In this document: piece by piece, positions 41,322 to 50,161 of the stretch
Layout of the letters: each line of letters begins with the position of its first letter
Position numbering within the stretch: the stretch's first letter is position 1
Notes under the pieces: generated by a model
What the model saw: only the letters and a program-made list of their open reading frames with translations
Database searches by the model: none
Told to the model about the DNA's origin: nothing
Made by a program: the position numbers and the translations under genes
Source: Prevotella sp.
Lineage (GTDB): Bacteria > Bacteroidota > Bacteroidia > Bacteroidales > Dysgonomonadaceae
Direction: 5' to 3'
DNA: 64,000 nt
NCBI GenBank assembly: GCA_031285625.1
Contig: JAITVV010000011.1
Location: 1-64,000, forward strand

Positions 41322-43193
41322 ATGAAAGAAAATAAGAAATCGCCGTGGGCATGGATACCGTCACTTTATCTGGCAGAAGGGTTACCATATGTTGCAGTAA
41401 TGACCATTTCGGTGATCATGTACAAGCGCATGGGTATATCCAATACCGATATAGCACTATATACCAGCTGGTTGTACCTACCTTGGGTTATTAAACCATT
41501 CTGGAGTCCCTTCGTTGATTTACTGAAAACAAAGCGCTGGTGGATTGTAACCATGCAAATACTCATTGGCGCAGGGTTTGCCGGTATAGCATTTACAATA
41601 CCCCTACCCTTCTTCTTTCAGGCTACTTTAGCATTCTTTTGGCTATTAGCTTTTAGCTCGGCAACACACGATATTGCTGCCGACGGATTCTATATGTTGG
41701 GATTAAATACGAATCAGCAAGCCAAATATGTAGGTATAAGAAGTACATTTTACCGTGTTGCTACCATTATGGGACAAGGTGTACTTATTATTCTGGCTGG
41801 TTTTTTAGAAAGTACCTCAGGGTGTGAACCTGTAAAAATAAATATAGATGCCTCGCCACAATATACACAGTCGACACTAATCTTACCACAAACACCAGAT
41901 ATTGCAGCTCAGGATGTAGAAATTCATTTTATAGTAGACAAAGATATTGTGCAGATAGGTACACATGGTGTTGATAAAGACAGTCTGCAGTCTTTTTTAG
42001 ATAAGGTAATAGCCTTAAACCAGGATAACGGATTTGTGGCAAAAGAACATACTTCCGATGCAAATATAACTGAAAAGAAAGAAAGCGTATGGACAAGGAA
42101 TGTATCTAAACCCTTCGGTGACTGGATAAAAAGTAACTTTGGAGAGAAACGCTATGTTACAGAATCGGAACATACAGGGAATGTTGCTGTTGCTGCAGTA
42201 AGACTATCCAAACAGCCAGAAGATAATAAAGAAATGATACTAAACACAACCATGAACAGAGGTGATAATAGTATAGCCCTGTTACATGGTGAACGTCTGG
42301 CTTTCAACAATACAAACTGGAACAAACCAGCTTATCTTATTTTCCAGATCGATCCGAAACTAACTACTACCAGTACAGCCGAATATAAAGGACTGTCGGG
42401 AAATATACCATTTGCATGGTCTATCACATTCTTTGTATTGGCCGGATTGTTTATATTCTTTAGTTTCTATCACAGGGTAGTACTCCCTAAACCAGATTCA
42501 GACAAGGCTCATGCACATATAACAGCGAAATCTATTTTTACTGAGTTTGGTCAAACATTCAAAAGTTTCTTTAAGAAACCACAGGCTGCCGCCGCTATAT
42601 TCTTTATGCTTACCTTCCGCTTTTCAGAAGCGCAATTGCTTAAACTCATCAATCCGTTCCTACTAGATTCGAGGGACATCGGAGGGTTAGGTTTAACGAC
42701 AGGTGAAGTAGGACTTGTATATGGAACAATTGGTATTATAGGGCTTACATTAGGCGGTATTATCGGAGGTTTTGTTGCTGCCAAAGGCGGACTAAAAAGA
42801 TGGGTATGGCCTATGACACTAAGCATGTTGCTGACTATCGCCACTTTCCTCTATTTGAGCTTCACACAAACAGATAGCCTGATCATCATCAATATTTGCG
42901 TATTTATTGAACAATTCGGGTATGGATTCGGATTTACAGCATATATGCTATACCTTATCTATTTCTCGGAAGGAACACATAAAACAGCTCATTATGCCTT
43001 CTGTACCGGATTTATGGCGTTGGGTATGATGGTTCCGGGTATGTTTGCCGGATGGCTGCAAGAACAATTAGGATATAACCACTTCTTTATTTGGGTAATG
43101 ATATGCTCTATTGTTCCTATCATCGCTGTTTCGCTGTTGAAGATCGATCCTAATTATGGAAAGGCGAAAGAAGAAACTGGAAATGAACAATAA
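41322..43193 (+). CDS. ampG: AmpG-like MFS muropeptide permease with ~190-aa hydrophilic insertion
   Basis: LYLAEGLP, LPWVIKPFWSP, SATHDIAADG, KTAHYAFCTGFMAL; peptidoglycan recycling context. Confidence 0.88.
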   Translation: MKENKKSPWAWIPSLYLAEGLPYVAVMTISVIMYKRMGISNTDIALYTSWLYLPWVIKPFWSPFVDLLKTKRWWIVTMQILIGAGFAGIAFTIPLPFFFQATLAFFWLLAFSSATHDIAADGFYMLGLNTNQQAKYVGIRSTFYRVATIMGQGVLIILAGFLESTSGCEPVKINIDASPQYTQSTLILPQTPDIAAQDVEIHFIVDKDIVQIGTHGVDKDSLQSFLDKVIALNQDNGFVAKEHTSDANITEKKESVWTRNVSKPFGDWIKSNFGEKRYVTESEHTGNVAVAAVRLSKQPEDNKEMILNTTMNRGDNSIALLHGERLAFNNTNWNKPAYLIFQIDPKLTTTSTAEYKGLSGNIPFAWSITFFVLAGLFIFFSFYHRVVLPKPDSDKAHAHITAKSIFTEFGQTFKSFFKKPQAAAAIFFMLTFRFSEAQLLKLINPFLLDSRDIGGLGLTTGEVGLVYGTIGIIGLTLGGIIGGFVAAKGGLKRWVWPMTLSMLLTIATFLYLSFTQTDSLIIINICVFIEQFGYGFGFTAYMLYLIYFSEGTHKTAHYAFCTGFMALGMMVPGMFAGWLQEQLGYNHFFIWVMICSIVPIIAVSLLKIDPNYGKAKEETGNEQ

Positions 43194-43196
43194 ATA

Positions 43197-43271
43197 TTTT
43201 GTCATGCTGAGGTAACGAAGCATCTCGTCTCCTTTCAGGCAAGAAATTTCACTCCGTTCAAAATGACAAAA
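43197..43271 (-). repeat. TGTCAT...ATGACA palindromic repeat, short form, copy D
   Basis: TTTTGTCATGCTGAGGTAACGAAGCATCTCG...ATTTCACTCCGTTCAAAATGACAAAA shares both arms with copy C but has a short different centre. Confidence 0.8.
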
Positions 43272-43283
43272 AATAAAAAAGTT

Positions 43284-44519
43284 ATGAAAAAAACATCAAT
43301 TATATTATCTGTATTCTGCTTACTCTCATTCACCTGTTTTGCACAAAAGATAAAAATCAAAACAGGGATTGAGGTACTGAAAGAACAGAACTTTAAAGTA
43401 CTGGAAGGCAAGCGTGTAGGACTTATCACCAATCCTACCGGGGTAGATAATAATATGAAATCTACAATTGACATCTTACACGAAGCCAGAAATGTGCAAT
43501 TAGTAGCCCTTTTCGCTCCCGAACATGGAGTGAGAGGTGATGCCCATGCCGGAGACCATGTGGATAATGTAAAAGATCCAAACACCGGACTCCCGGTATA
43601 CTCATTACATGGAAAAACTAAAATTCCCACTGCAGATATGCTCAAGGGAATTGATGCTTTGGTGTATGATATTCAGGATATAGGTTGCCGCTCATTTACC
43701 TATGTAAGCACAATGGGGCTTGGGATGCAGGCCGCTGCTGAAAACAATATCGAATTTATTGTCCTCGACAGGCCAAACCCTCTTGGAGGATTAAAGGTAG
43801 AAGGTGGCTTGGTTGACGAAAAATTTATTTCCTTTGTAAGCCAATTCAAAATACCTTATGTATACGGATTGACTTGTGGCGAACTGGCTCAGTTGCTTAA
43901 CGGAGAAAATATGCTCAGTAAACAATGTAAGCTACAAGTAGTAAAAATGAAAAGTTGGAAACGCAAAATGACATATGAACAAACAGGACTGCAATGGATC
44001 CCATCGTCTCCGCATATCCCCCAGCCCATTTCTGCAGTGATGTATCCTGTATCGGGCATTTTGGGTGAACTAGGTTATATGTCTATTGGTGTTGGATATA
44101 CAATCCCGTTTCAGATGTTTGCTACCGAATGGATAAAAGCGGACGAACTGGCAAACAGTCTCAACAGACTACGTTTACCCGGAATTCATTTCCGGCCTCT
44201 CTACATCAAACCATTCTACTCTGTGGGGCAAGGTAAACAACTGGAAGGGGTACAGGTACATATAATGGATTATGAAAAAGCCCGCTTATCTGAAATACAA
44301 TTCTATGTTATGCAGGAAGTAGCACGGTTATACCCTGATAAAGCAGTATTTGATAATGCAAATGATAAACGCTACAGAATGTTTGATCAGGTGTGCGGCA
44401 GTGATTATGTCAGGCTTACTTTTGCAAAGAATAATAAATTCGAAGATATTAAAGATTTTTGGTACAAAGAAACCGAACCATTTAAAAAGATATCAAAGAA
44501 ATACTATCTGTATAAATAA
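43284..44519 (+). CDS. namZ: Exo-beta-N-acetylmuramidase NamZ family (DUF1343), copy 2
   Basis: Signal peptide from ATG 43284 (ATG 43263 belongs to the repeat); NPTG, FAPEHG, DIQDIG.RSFTY, LDRPNP. Confidence 0.92.
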   Translation: MKKTSIILSVFCLLSFTCFAQKIKIKTGIEVLKEQNFKVLEGKRVGLITNPTGVDNNMKSTIDILHEARNVQLVALFAPEHGVRGDAHAGDHVDNVKDPNTGLPVYSLHGKTKIPTADMLKGIDALVYDIQDIGCRSFTYVSTMGLGMQAAAENNIEFIVLDRPNPLGGLKVEGGLVDEKFISFVSQFKIPYVYGLTCGELAQLLNGENMLSKQCKLQVVKMKSWKRKMTYEQTGLQWIPSSPHIPQPISAVMYPVSGILGELGYMSIGVGYTIPFQMFATEWIKADELANSLNRLRLPGIHFRPLYIKPFYSVGQGKQLEGVQVHIMDYEKARLSEIQFYVMQEVARLYPDKAVFDNANDKRYRMFDQVCGSDYVRLTFAKNNKFEDIKDFWYKETEPFKKISKKYYLYK

Positions 44520-44530
44520 CTGAACACAAT

Positions 44531-44621
44531 TTTATCTATATAATGCAGATAACAAGTAGATTATCCGATAAAAAAGGTTACAATAAAAAGTAACTGAAAT
44601 GTGTTACTTTTGTCACCTTTT
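44531..44621 (+). repeat. GTAACA/TGTTACTTTTGTCAC intergenic element, copy 4
   Basis: TTATCT 44532, GTTACA ending 44582, TGTTACTTTTGTCACCTTT 44602-44620; extra TGTTACCTTTT near 44668. Confidence 0.8.
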
Positions 44622-44716
44622 AATATATAATAATATGATTATAAGCAATATAACAATTTAATAATTGTGTTACCTTTTATTAAAATACAGATCCTAACGA
44701 ATAAAGAAATAGTATT

Positions 44717-45889
44717 ATGACCCAGAAACCCAATAATAATAGATTATTATCTCTTGATATACTAAGGGGAATCACCATTGCCGGCATGATAATGGTAAAC
44801 AATCCTGGATCATGGAATTATGTATATGAGCCGTTAAGGCATGCTGCATGGAACGGGCTTACCCCTACCGACTTGGTTTTTCCATTCTTCATGTTCATTA
44901 TGGGGATATCTACCTTTATTTCTTTACGGAAATTCAATTTCGAGTTTAGTAAGCCTACCTTATTCAAAATAATAAAAAGAACGATTATTATATTCCTTAT
45001 TGGTCTTGGTTTAGGTTGGCTATCTCTTTCATTCAGAACATTCGGTAACCTATCCGGTGAAGAATTAGGGTTCTTCGAAAGATTCTTCAAAGCCATTACC
45101 GATTTTGAACATATACGCATACTGGGTGTAATGCAACGCCTAGCCATTACATACGGAGCTACAGCCTTGATAGCTATTCTGGTTAAGCATAAATATATAC
45201 CTTATATTATTGTGGTTACACTATTCGGCTATTTCTTGCTCCTGCTATTTGGAAACGGATTCGAATTTAGTGAAGATAATATTATTTCTGTTCTCGACAG
45301 AGCTATACTTGGAACGAATCATATGTACAAGGATAGTGGTCTGGCAATTGATCCGGAAGGATTATTAAGTACAATTCCGGCCATCTGTCATGTATTGATA
45401 GGATTCTGTTGCGGAGAACTGCTATTGTCAACAAAGGATAATCACGAACGGATACAACGACTATTTATAATTGGTGCTATAATGACATTTCTTGGTTTTC
45501 TACTTAGTTATGGTTGCCCGATCAATAAAAAGATATGGTCACCGACATTTGTTATAGCTACATGCGGACTGGCAGCTACACTATTAGCTTTATTAATATG
45601 GATAATAGACATCAAGGGATATAAAAAATGGAGTGTATTCTTTGAATCATTCGGTGTGAACCCTCTGTTTATATATGTAGCAGCAGGCGTATTCTCGGTA
45701 TTATTAGCCAATATTCAATTCACATATTATGGAAACTTAATAAGTATTAAAGATTTCGCATATCAAAAATGTATACATCCACTTTTCGGAAATTATTTAG
45801 GATCATTGGTGTATGCATTATTATTTGTCGGATTCAACTGGGTGATAGGTAATATATTGTATAAAAAGAAAATCTATATAAAGATATGA
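44717..45889 (+). CDS. Heparan-alpha-glucosaminide N-acetyltransferase-like membrane protein (NagX/DUF5009; position of Tannerella MurT)
   Basis: RLLSLDILRG, HAAWNGLTPTDLVFPFFMFIMG, GVMQRLA, DPEGLL, PINKKIWS; multi-TM. Confidence 0.88.
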   Translation: MTQKPNNNRLLSLDILRGITIAGMIMVNNPGSWNYVYEPLRHAAWNGLTPTDLVFPFFMFIMGISTFISLRKFNFEFSKPTLFKIIKRTIIIFLIGLGLGWLSLSFRTFGNLSGEELGFFERFFKAITDFEHIRILGVMQRLAITYGATALIAILVKHKYIPYIIVVTLFGYFLLLLFGNGFEFSEDNIISVLDRAILGTNHMYKDSGLAIDPEGLLSTIPAICHVLIGFCCGELLLSTKDNHERIQRLFIIGAIMTFLGFLLSYGCPINKKIWSPTFVIATCGLAATLLALLIWIIDIKGYKKWSVFFESFGVNPLFIYVAAGVFSVLLANIQFTYYGNLISIKDFAYQKCIHPLFGNYLGSLVYALLFVGFNWVIGNILYKKKIYIKI

Positions 45890-46746
45890 TATTACTAGCG
45901 GACGGAGGATCTACCAAAGTCGATTGGCGTTTGGTAGATGGTAGCAAAGAGATAAAACAGATTTCCACAAAAGGGTCTAATCCGTTTTTTCGTACGAGAG
46001 AAGATATTAGTGACGAAATAAAGGCTGTTATAAAACCGGCTGTGGAAAACTATGTAATCGATGCTGTATTCTTTTTTGGAGCAGGGTGTGCCACTCCTGA
46101 AAAAAGTATGGTAATAAAGAATGCAATAGCCGATAATATAAAAACTCCCTATATAGAAGTTGACAGTGATCTGCTTGCTGCGGCAAAAGGCCTCTGTGGT
46201 ACAAATGAAGGCATAGCCTGTATCCTGGGTACAGGATCAAACTCGTGCTTCTATGACGGAATAGCCATAAAAGAAAATATCTCACCTTTGGGTTATATAC
46301 TTGGGGATGAGGGAAGCGGTGCTGTCCTGGGCAGACTGTTTATAGGAGCATGTTTGAAAAACCAACTAACAAAAGGACTTAAAGAGAAGTTCCTCAAGGA
46401 GTTTGATCTTACACCGGCTACTATTCTGGATACTGTATATAAACAACCAATGGCTAACCGCTTTCTGGCAAGTCTCTCTCCTTTCCTGATAGAGAACATA
46501 CAGGACGAAAGCGTCTATAATCTTGTCTATAATGCATTTAAAGATTTCTTTGTAAAGAACGTAATGCAATATGACTATAAAAATAATGATGTACATTTTA
46601 CAGGATCTGTGGCATACCACTACAAAGACATATTACATAAAGTAGGTTCTGACATCGGCATCAAAATAGGTACTATTGCACAATCGCCAATGGAAGGCCT
46701 TATCAGATACTATGCAGGAGAATGTCAAACAATATATAACAGATAA
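45886..46746 (+). CDS. murK: N-acetylmuramate kinase (BadF-type), paralog 2
   Basis: ADGGSTK, FFGAGC, CILGTGSNS, GDEGSG; ATGA-coupled and located between the MurT-like gene and murQ. Confidence 0.82.
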   Translation: MILLADGGSTKVDWRLVDGSKEIKQISTKGSNPFFRTREDISDEIKAVIKPAVENYVIDAVFFFGAGCATPEKSMVIKNAIADNIKTPYIEVDSDLLAAAKGLCGTNEGIACILGTGSNSCFYDGIAIKENISPLGYILGDEGSGAVLGRLFIGACLKNQLTKGLKEKFLKEFDLTPATILDTVYKQPMANRFLASLSPFLIENIQDESVYNLVYNAFKDFFVKNVMQYDYKNNDVHFTGSVAYHYKDILHKVGSDIGIKIGTIAQSPMEGLIRYYAGECQTIYNR

Positions 46747-46750
46747 TAAA

Positions 46751-47575
46751 ATGACTTTTGTAAAAATCACAGAACAACCTTCACTATATGATAATCTGGA
46801 AGATAAATCCGTTTTGGAGTTACTGACAGATATAAACAACGAAGATAAGAAAGTCGCACTTGCAGTAGAAAAAGCAATACCACAGATAGAAAAGTTGGTT
46901 TTACAAATAGTTCCACGGATACAGCAGGGAGGGCGTATTTTCTATATGGGAGCAGGAACCAGCGGTCGTCTCGGTGTGCTTGATGCATCAGAGATTCCAC
47001 CTACATTTGGCATGCCCAATACGCTGGTTATAGGACTAATAGCCGGAGGCGATACTGCATTACGCAATCCGGTGGAAAAAGCTGAAGATAATATGGAAAC
47101 CGGATGGAAAGAATTAGAAGCTCATAATATAAATGAGAAAGATACTGTGATAGGTATTGCGGCTTCAGGTACTACCCCGTATGTAGTAGGAGTTCTCCGT
47201 GAAGCCCGCAAACATGGGATACTCACAGCATCTATATCGAGTAATCCCGATTCCCCGATTGCACAGGAAGCAGAGATTCCTATCGAGATGATTGTCGGTC
47301 CGGAGTTTGTTACAGGTAGTTCTCGTATGAAGTCGGGTACAGGGCAGAAAATGATACTGAATATGATAACTACATCAACAATGATAAAACTCGGCCGTGT
47401 AAAGGGTAACCGCATGGTTAACATGCAATTATCCAATGCAAAATTGGTAGACAGAGGTACGCGTATGGTATCAGAAGAACTCGGTCTTGATTACGATCAG
47501 GCCAACAGGTTATTACTATTACACGGCTCAGTAAAAAAGGCTGTTGATGCATACAAAGCAGACAACAAGCAGTGA
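46751..47575 (+). CDS. murQ: N-acetylmuramic acid 6-phosphate etherase
   Basis: GAGTSGRLGVLDASEIPPTFG, AASGTTPY, GPEFVTGSSRMKSGT; start moved to ATG 46751. Confidence 0.96.
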   Translation: MTFVKITEQPSLYDNLEDKSVLELLTDINNEDKKVALAVEKAIPQIEKLVLQIVPRIQQGGRIFYMGAGTSGRLGVLDASEIPPTFGMPNTLVIGLIAGGDTALRNPVEKAEDNMETGWKELEAHNINEKDTVIGIAASGTTPYVVGVLREARKHGILTASISSNPDSPIAQEAEIPIEMIVGPEFVTGSSRMKSGTGQKMILNMITTSTMIKLGRVKGNRMVNMQLSNAKLVDRGTRMVSEELGLDYDQANRLLLLHGSVKKAVDAYKADNKQ

Positions 47576-47579
47576 AAGG

Positions 47580-47611
47580 AAAAGGAATAGTCAGATATGG
47601 TTATTCCTTTT
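47580..47611. terminator. Bidirectional terminator
   Basis: AAAAGGAATA...TATTCCTTTT between convergent murQ and HAD genes. Confidence 0.75.
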
Positions 47612-48264
47612 TAACTAAATAAAAGATCAGATAATCCTTTAATGTCCTCGACAATATAAGTAGCTCCTGCGAGATTCAATTCATCATAATCACCATATCC
47701 GTATAATACACCAACAGAGTCAATTCCTACATTTTTAGCTCCGATAATGTCATGTTTACGGTCTCCTATCATTATCGTTTGTGAGAGATCAGTTATATTA
47801 TTTATTTGCAGGACATGCTCTATTACAGCCGTTTTTGTATTACGTGAATTGTCTAAGCTACTGCCACCTATAAATGTAAAGTAATTTATCAGATTAAAGT
47901 GGTCAAGTATTCTTTCGGCAAAAACCGTCGGTTTTGAGGTAGCCAGATAGAGTTTAAACCCAGATGAGTCCAGATACTCAAGAATGTCCTTCATTCCCTC
48001 ATAAAGATAGTTCTCGTACAACCCTATTTCTGAGTATCTTTCGCGGTATTTTGCCAATGCAATTTCTATTTGGTCATCGGATAAGCTATAAAATTCCCTG
48101 AACGAATCTTTTAAGGGAGGTCCGATAAAAGGACACAGATCGGTCAGATCATTTACATCGATACCTAAATGGTTCAAAGCAAACTCTACAGATTTTGTGA
48201 TTCCAATCATAGGATCGGTAATAGTACCATCCAGATCAAAGAGAATATGTTTATAATTTCCCAT
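47611..48264 (-). CDS. HAD family hydrolase (phosphoglycolate phosphatase/5'-nucleotidase-like)
   Basis: FDLDGT, ATSK, IGDRKHD; likely start ATG 48264. Confidence 0.92.
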   Translation of the reverse strand: MGNYKHILFDLDGTITDPMIGITKSVEFALNHLGIDVNDLTDLCPFIGPPLKDSFREFYSLSDDQIEIALAKYRERYSEIGLYENYLYEGMKDILEYLDSSGFKLYLATSKPTVFAERILDHFNLINYFTFIGGSSLDNSRNTKTAVIEHVLQINNITDLSQTIMIGDRKHDIIGAKNVGIDSVGVLYGYGDYDELNLAGATYIVEDIKGLSDLLFS

Positions 48265-48438
48265 AAAGATTAAACTCTGCGAAATTAATATTTTACAATA
48301 ACATAATATCGAATGAATGGCAAAATTCTTATATATATTTACAGTATCAGAACAGATTATCTCATTTGATAATGTATCAGGAACACACATTTTTATTATC
48401 TTTACCCTCTGTATTTTATTTATTAAACCTAAATCAAT

Positions 48439-49728
48439 ATGATGTTTACAGTAAAAAAAATGATGATGAAAAGCCTTTTGGTATGCTCTGTAGCTGCCTT
48501 ATCTTTTACATCCTGCGATGGTGGAGGTCAGCCCAATACTCTCACCGAACAAGAAAAAGCAGACGGATGGCAACTTTTATTTGATGGAACCACGATGACC
48601 GGATGGCGGGACTATAACGGGACAAGCCTTACCGAGCCATGGCATGTAGTAGACGGATGCATACAAGCCAAGGGAGATGGAAGTGATGCCAGTGGTTATA
48701 TTGTTACAGACAAACAATATGAAAACTTTGAACTTTCATGGGACTGGAAGCTATCAAAAGGTGGAAATAGCGGTATGCTATATCATGTTGTAGAAAGGCC
48801 TCAGTATAAAGTACCTTATGTAACAGGACCTGAGTACCAGCTTATCGATACTCCTAATTTTCCTGAAAAGCTGGAAGATTGGCAAGATATGGGTGCTGAC
48901 TATGCAATGTATGTTCCGGATAAAGCCAAGATGAAAGTTAACCCTCAGGGAGAATGGAATAATTCTAAGATTGTGTTTGATAATGGCCATGTAGAACATT
49001 GGTTGAATGGAGTTAAGATAGTAGAATTTGAAGCATGGACAGAAGACTGGTTCGCCCGTAAAAATAGCGGAAAATGGAATGATGCTCCTGAATATGGTTT
49101 AGCAAGAAAAGGCGTATTGTGCTTACAAGATCATGGATATCCGGCATCTTTCCGCAATATTAAAATAAAAGAGCTTCCTCGTAAGAATAAAGAAGTAAAT
49201 CTTTTTAATGGAAAAGATTTAGATGGATGGCAAGCATACGGAACAGAGAAATGGTATGTAAAAGATGACCTGCTAATATGCGAAAGTGGCCCGGATAAAC
49301 AATATGGCTATCTTGCCACTCGTGAATACTATGATGATTTTGATCTGACAGTTGAGTTTAAGCAAGAAGCTGACGGTAACTCAGGTGTATTTATCCGTTC
49401 GTTTATTGAAGAAGGAGTTAAAGTAAACGGATGGCAGGTAGAAGTGGCTCCAAAAGGACATGGCACCGGTGGTATCTATGAATCTTATGGAAGAGGCTGG
49501 CTGATACAAATACCAAAAGAAAAAGAAGAGTTTCTTAAAGTAGGAGACTGGAACACCATGCGTATCCTTGTACAAGGCGATAAAGTAACCACTTGGCTGA
49601 ACGGACAAGAGATGGTTAACTTCCAGGATGATAAAATAGGTGCGGGTCAAGGCCGCATTGCATTACAAATCCATGATGGAGGAGGTATAAAAGTATTATG
49701 GCGTAACTTGAAACTGAAAACACTGTAA
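48439..49728 (+). CDS. Lipoprotein with two DUF1080 (3-keto-disaccharide hydrolase) domains
   Basis: Lipobox FTSC; duplicated LF.G....GW, GNSG and LQ.H motifs. Confidence 0.9.
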   Translation: MMFTVKKMMMKSLLVCSVAALSFTSCDGGGQPNTLTEQEKADGWQLLFDGTTMTGWRDYNGTSLTEPWHVVDGCIQAKGDGSDASGYIVTDKQYENFELSWDWKLSKGGNSGMLYHVVERPQYKVPYVTGPEYQLIDTPNFPEKLEDWQDMGADYAMYVPDKAKMKVNPQGEWNNSKIVFDNGHVEHWLNGVKIVEFEAWTEDWFARKNSGKWNDAPEYGLARKGVLCLQDHGYPASFRNIKIKELPRKNKEVNLFNGKDLDGWQAYGTEKWYVKDDLLICESGPDKQYGYLATREYYDDFDLTVEFKQEADGNSGVFIRSFIEEGVKVNGWQVEVAPKGHGTGGIYESYGRGWLIQIPKEKEEFLKVGDWNTMRILVQGDKVTTWLNGQEMVNFQDDKIGAGQGRIALQIHDGGGIKVLWRNLKLKTL

Positions 49729-49744
49729 CTATATTCTCATAATA

Positions 49745-49930
49745 AAGAAGGTGTGTCAAAAGTAAAACAGCACAATCAAAGTGTTAGCCTCTTTGTCATC
49801 CTGAGTGTAACGAAGAATCTCGATCCTAATTAACACGAGAGTTTGGCTCCGCTTCGCTCTGCCGATTTTCAATTCACTGCGTTCAACATGACAAAAAGAA
49901 AGTGAAAATTACTTTTGACACAGCCTCTTA
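49745..49930. mobile_element. MITE-like element with TGTGTCAAAAGTAA terminal inverted repeats enclosing palindromic repeat copy C (49790-49896, minus orientation)
   Basis: Perfect 14-bp inverted repeat at 49752-49765 and 49909-49922, extending imperfectly outward; inner segment is the reverse complement of copies A/B. Confidence 0.7.
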
Positions 49931-49982
49931 TTTTCAACTCTTCCCTTTCAATTCTTTCGAAGTTTATAAAGTTCAATATTAA

Positions 49983-50069
49983 TTATCTTATTATACAACT
50001 TCACTAATTTGTGAAAAGAAAAGTAACAAGTTCAAAATAATAAAATACCTGTTACTTTTGTCACCTTTT
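49983..50069 (+). repeat. GTAACA/TGTTACTTTTGTCAC intergenic element, copy 5
   Basis: TTATCT 49983, GTAACA 50023-50028, TGTTACTTTTGTCACCTTT 50050-50068. Confidence 0.8.
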
Positions 50070-50161
50070 GTAATCGAGTTTAAGGTTTATTCACCGTCAA
50101 TTAAAAGTTGTATGTATTACAAAAAACTGATACCTTTGAAGCCATAAAAATAACTGAATAT

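Noticed and set aside
24039-49896. Repeats considered as a CRISPR array or tRNA/ncRNA genes
   Set aside because: Copies are dispersed kilobases apart with no spacer periodicity, no cas genes and no cloverleaf features
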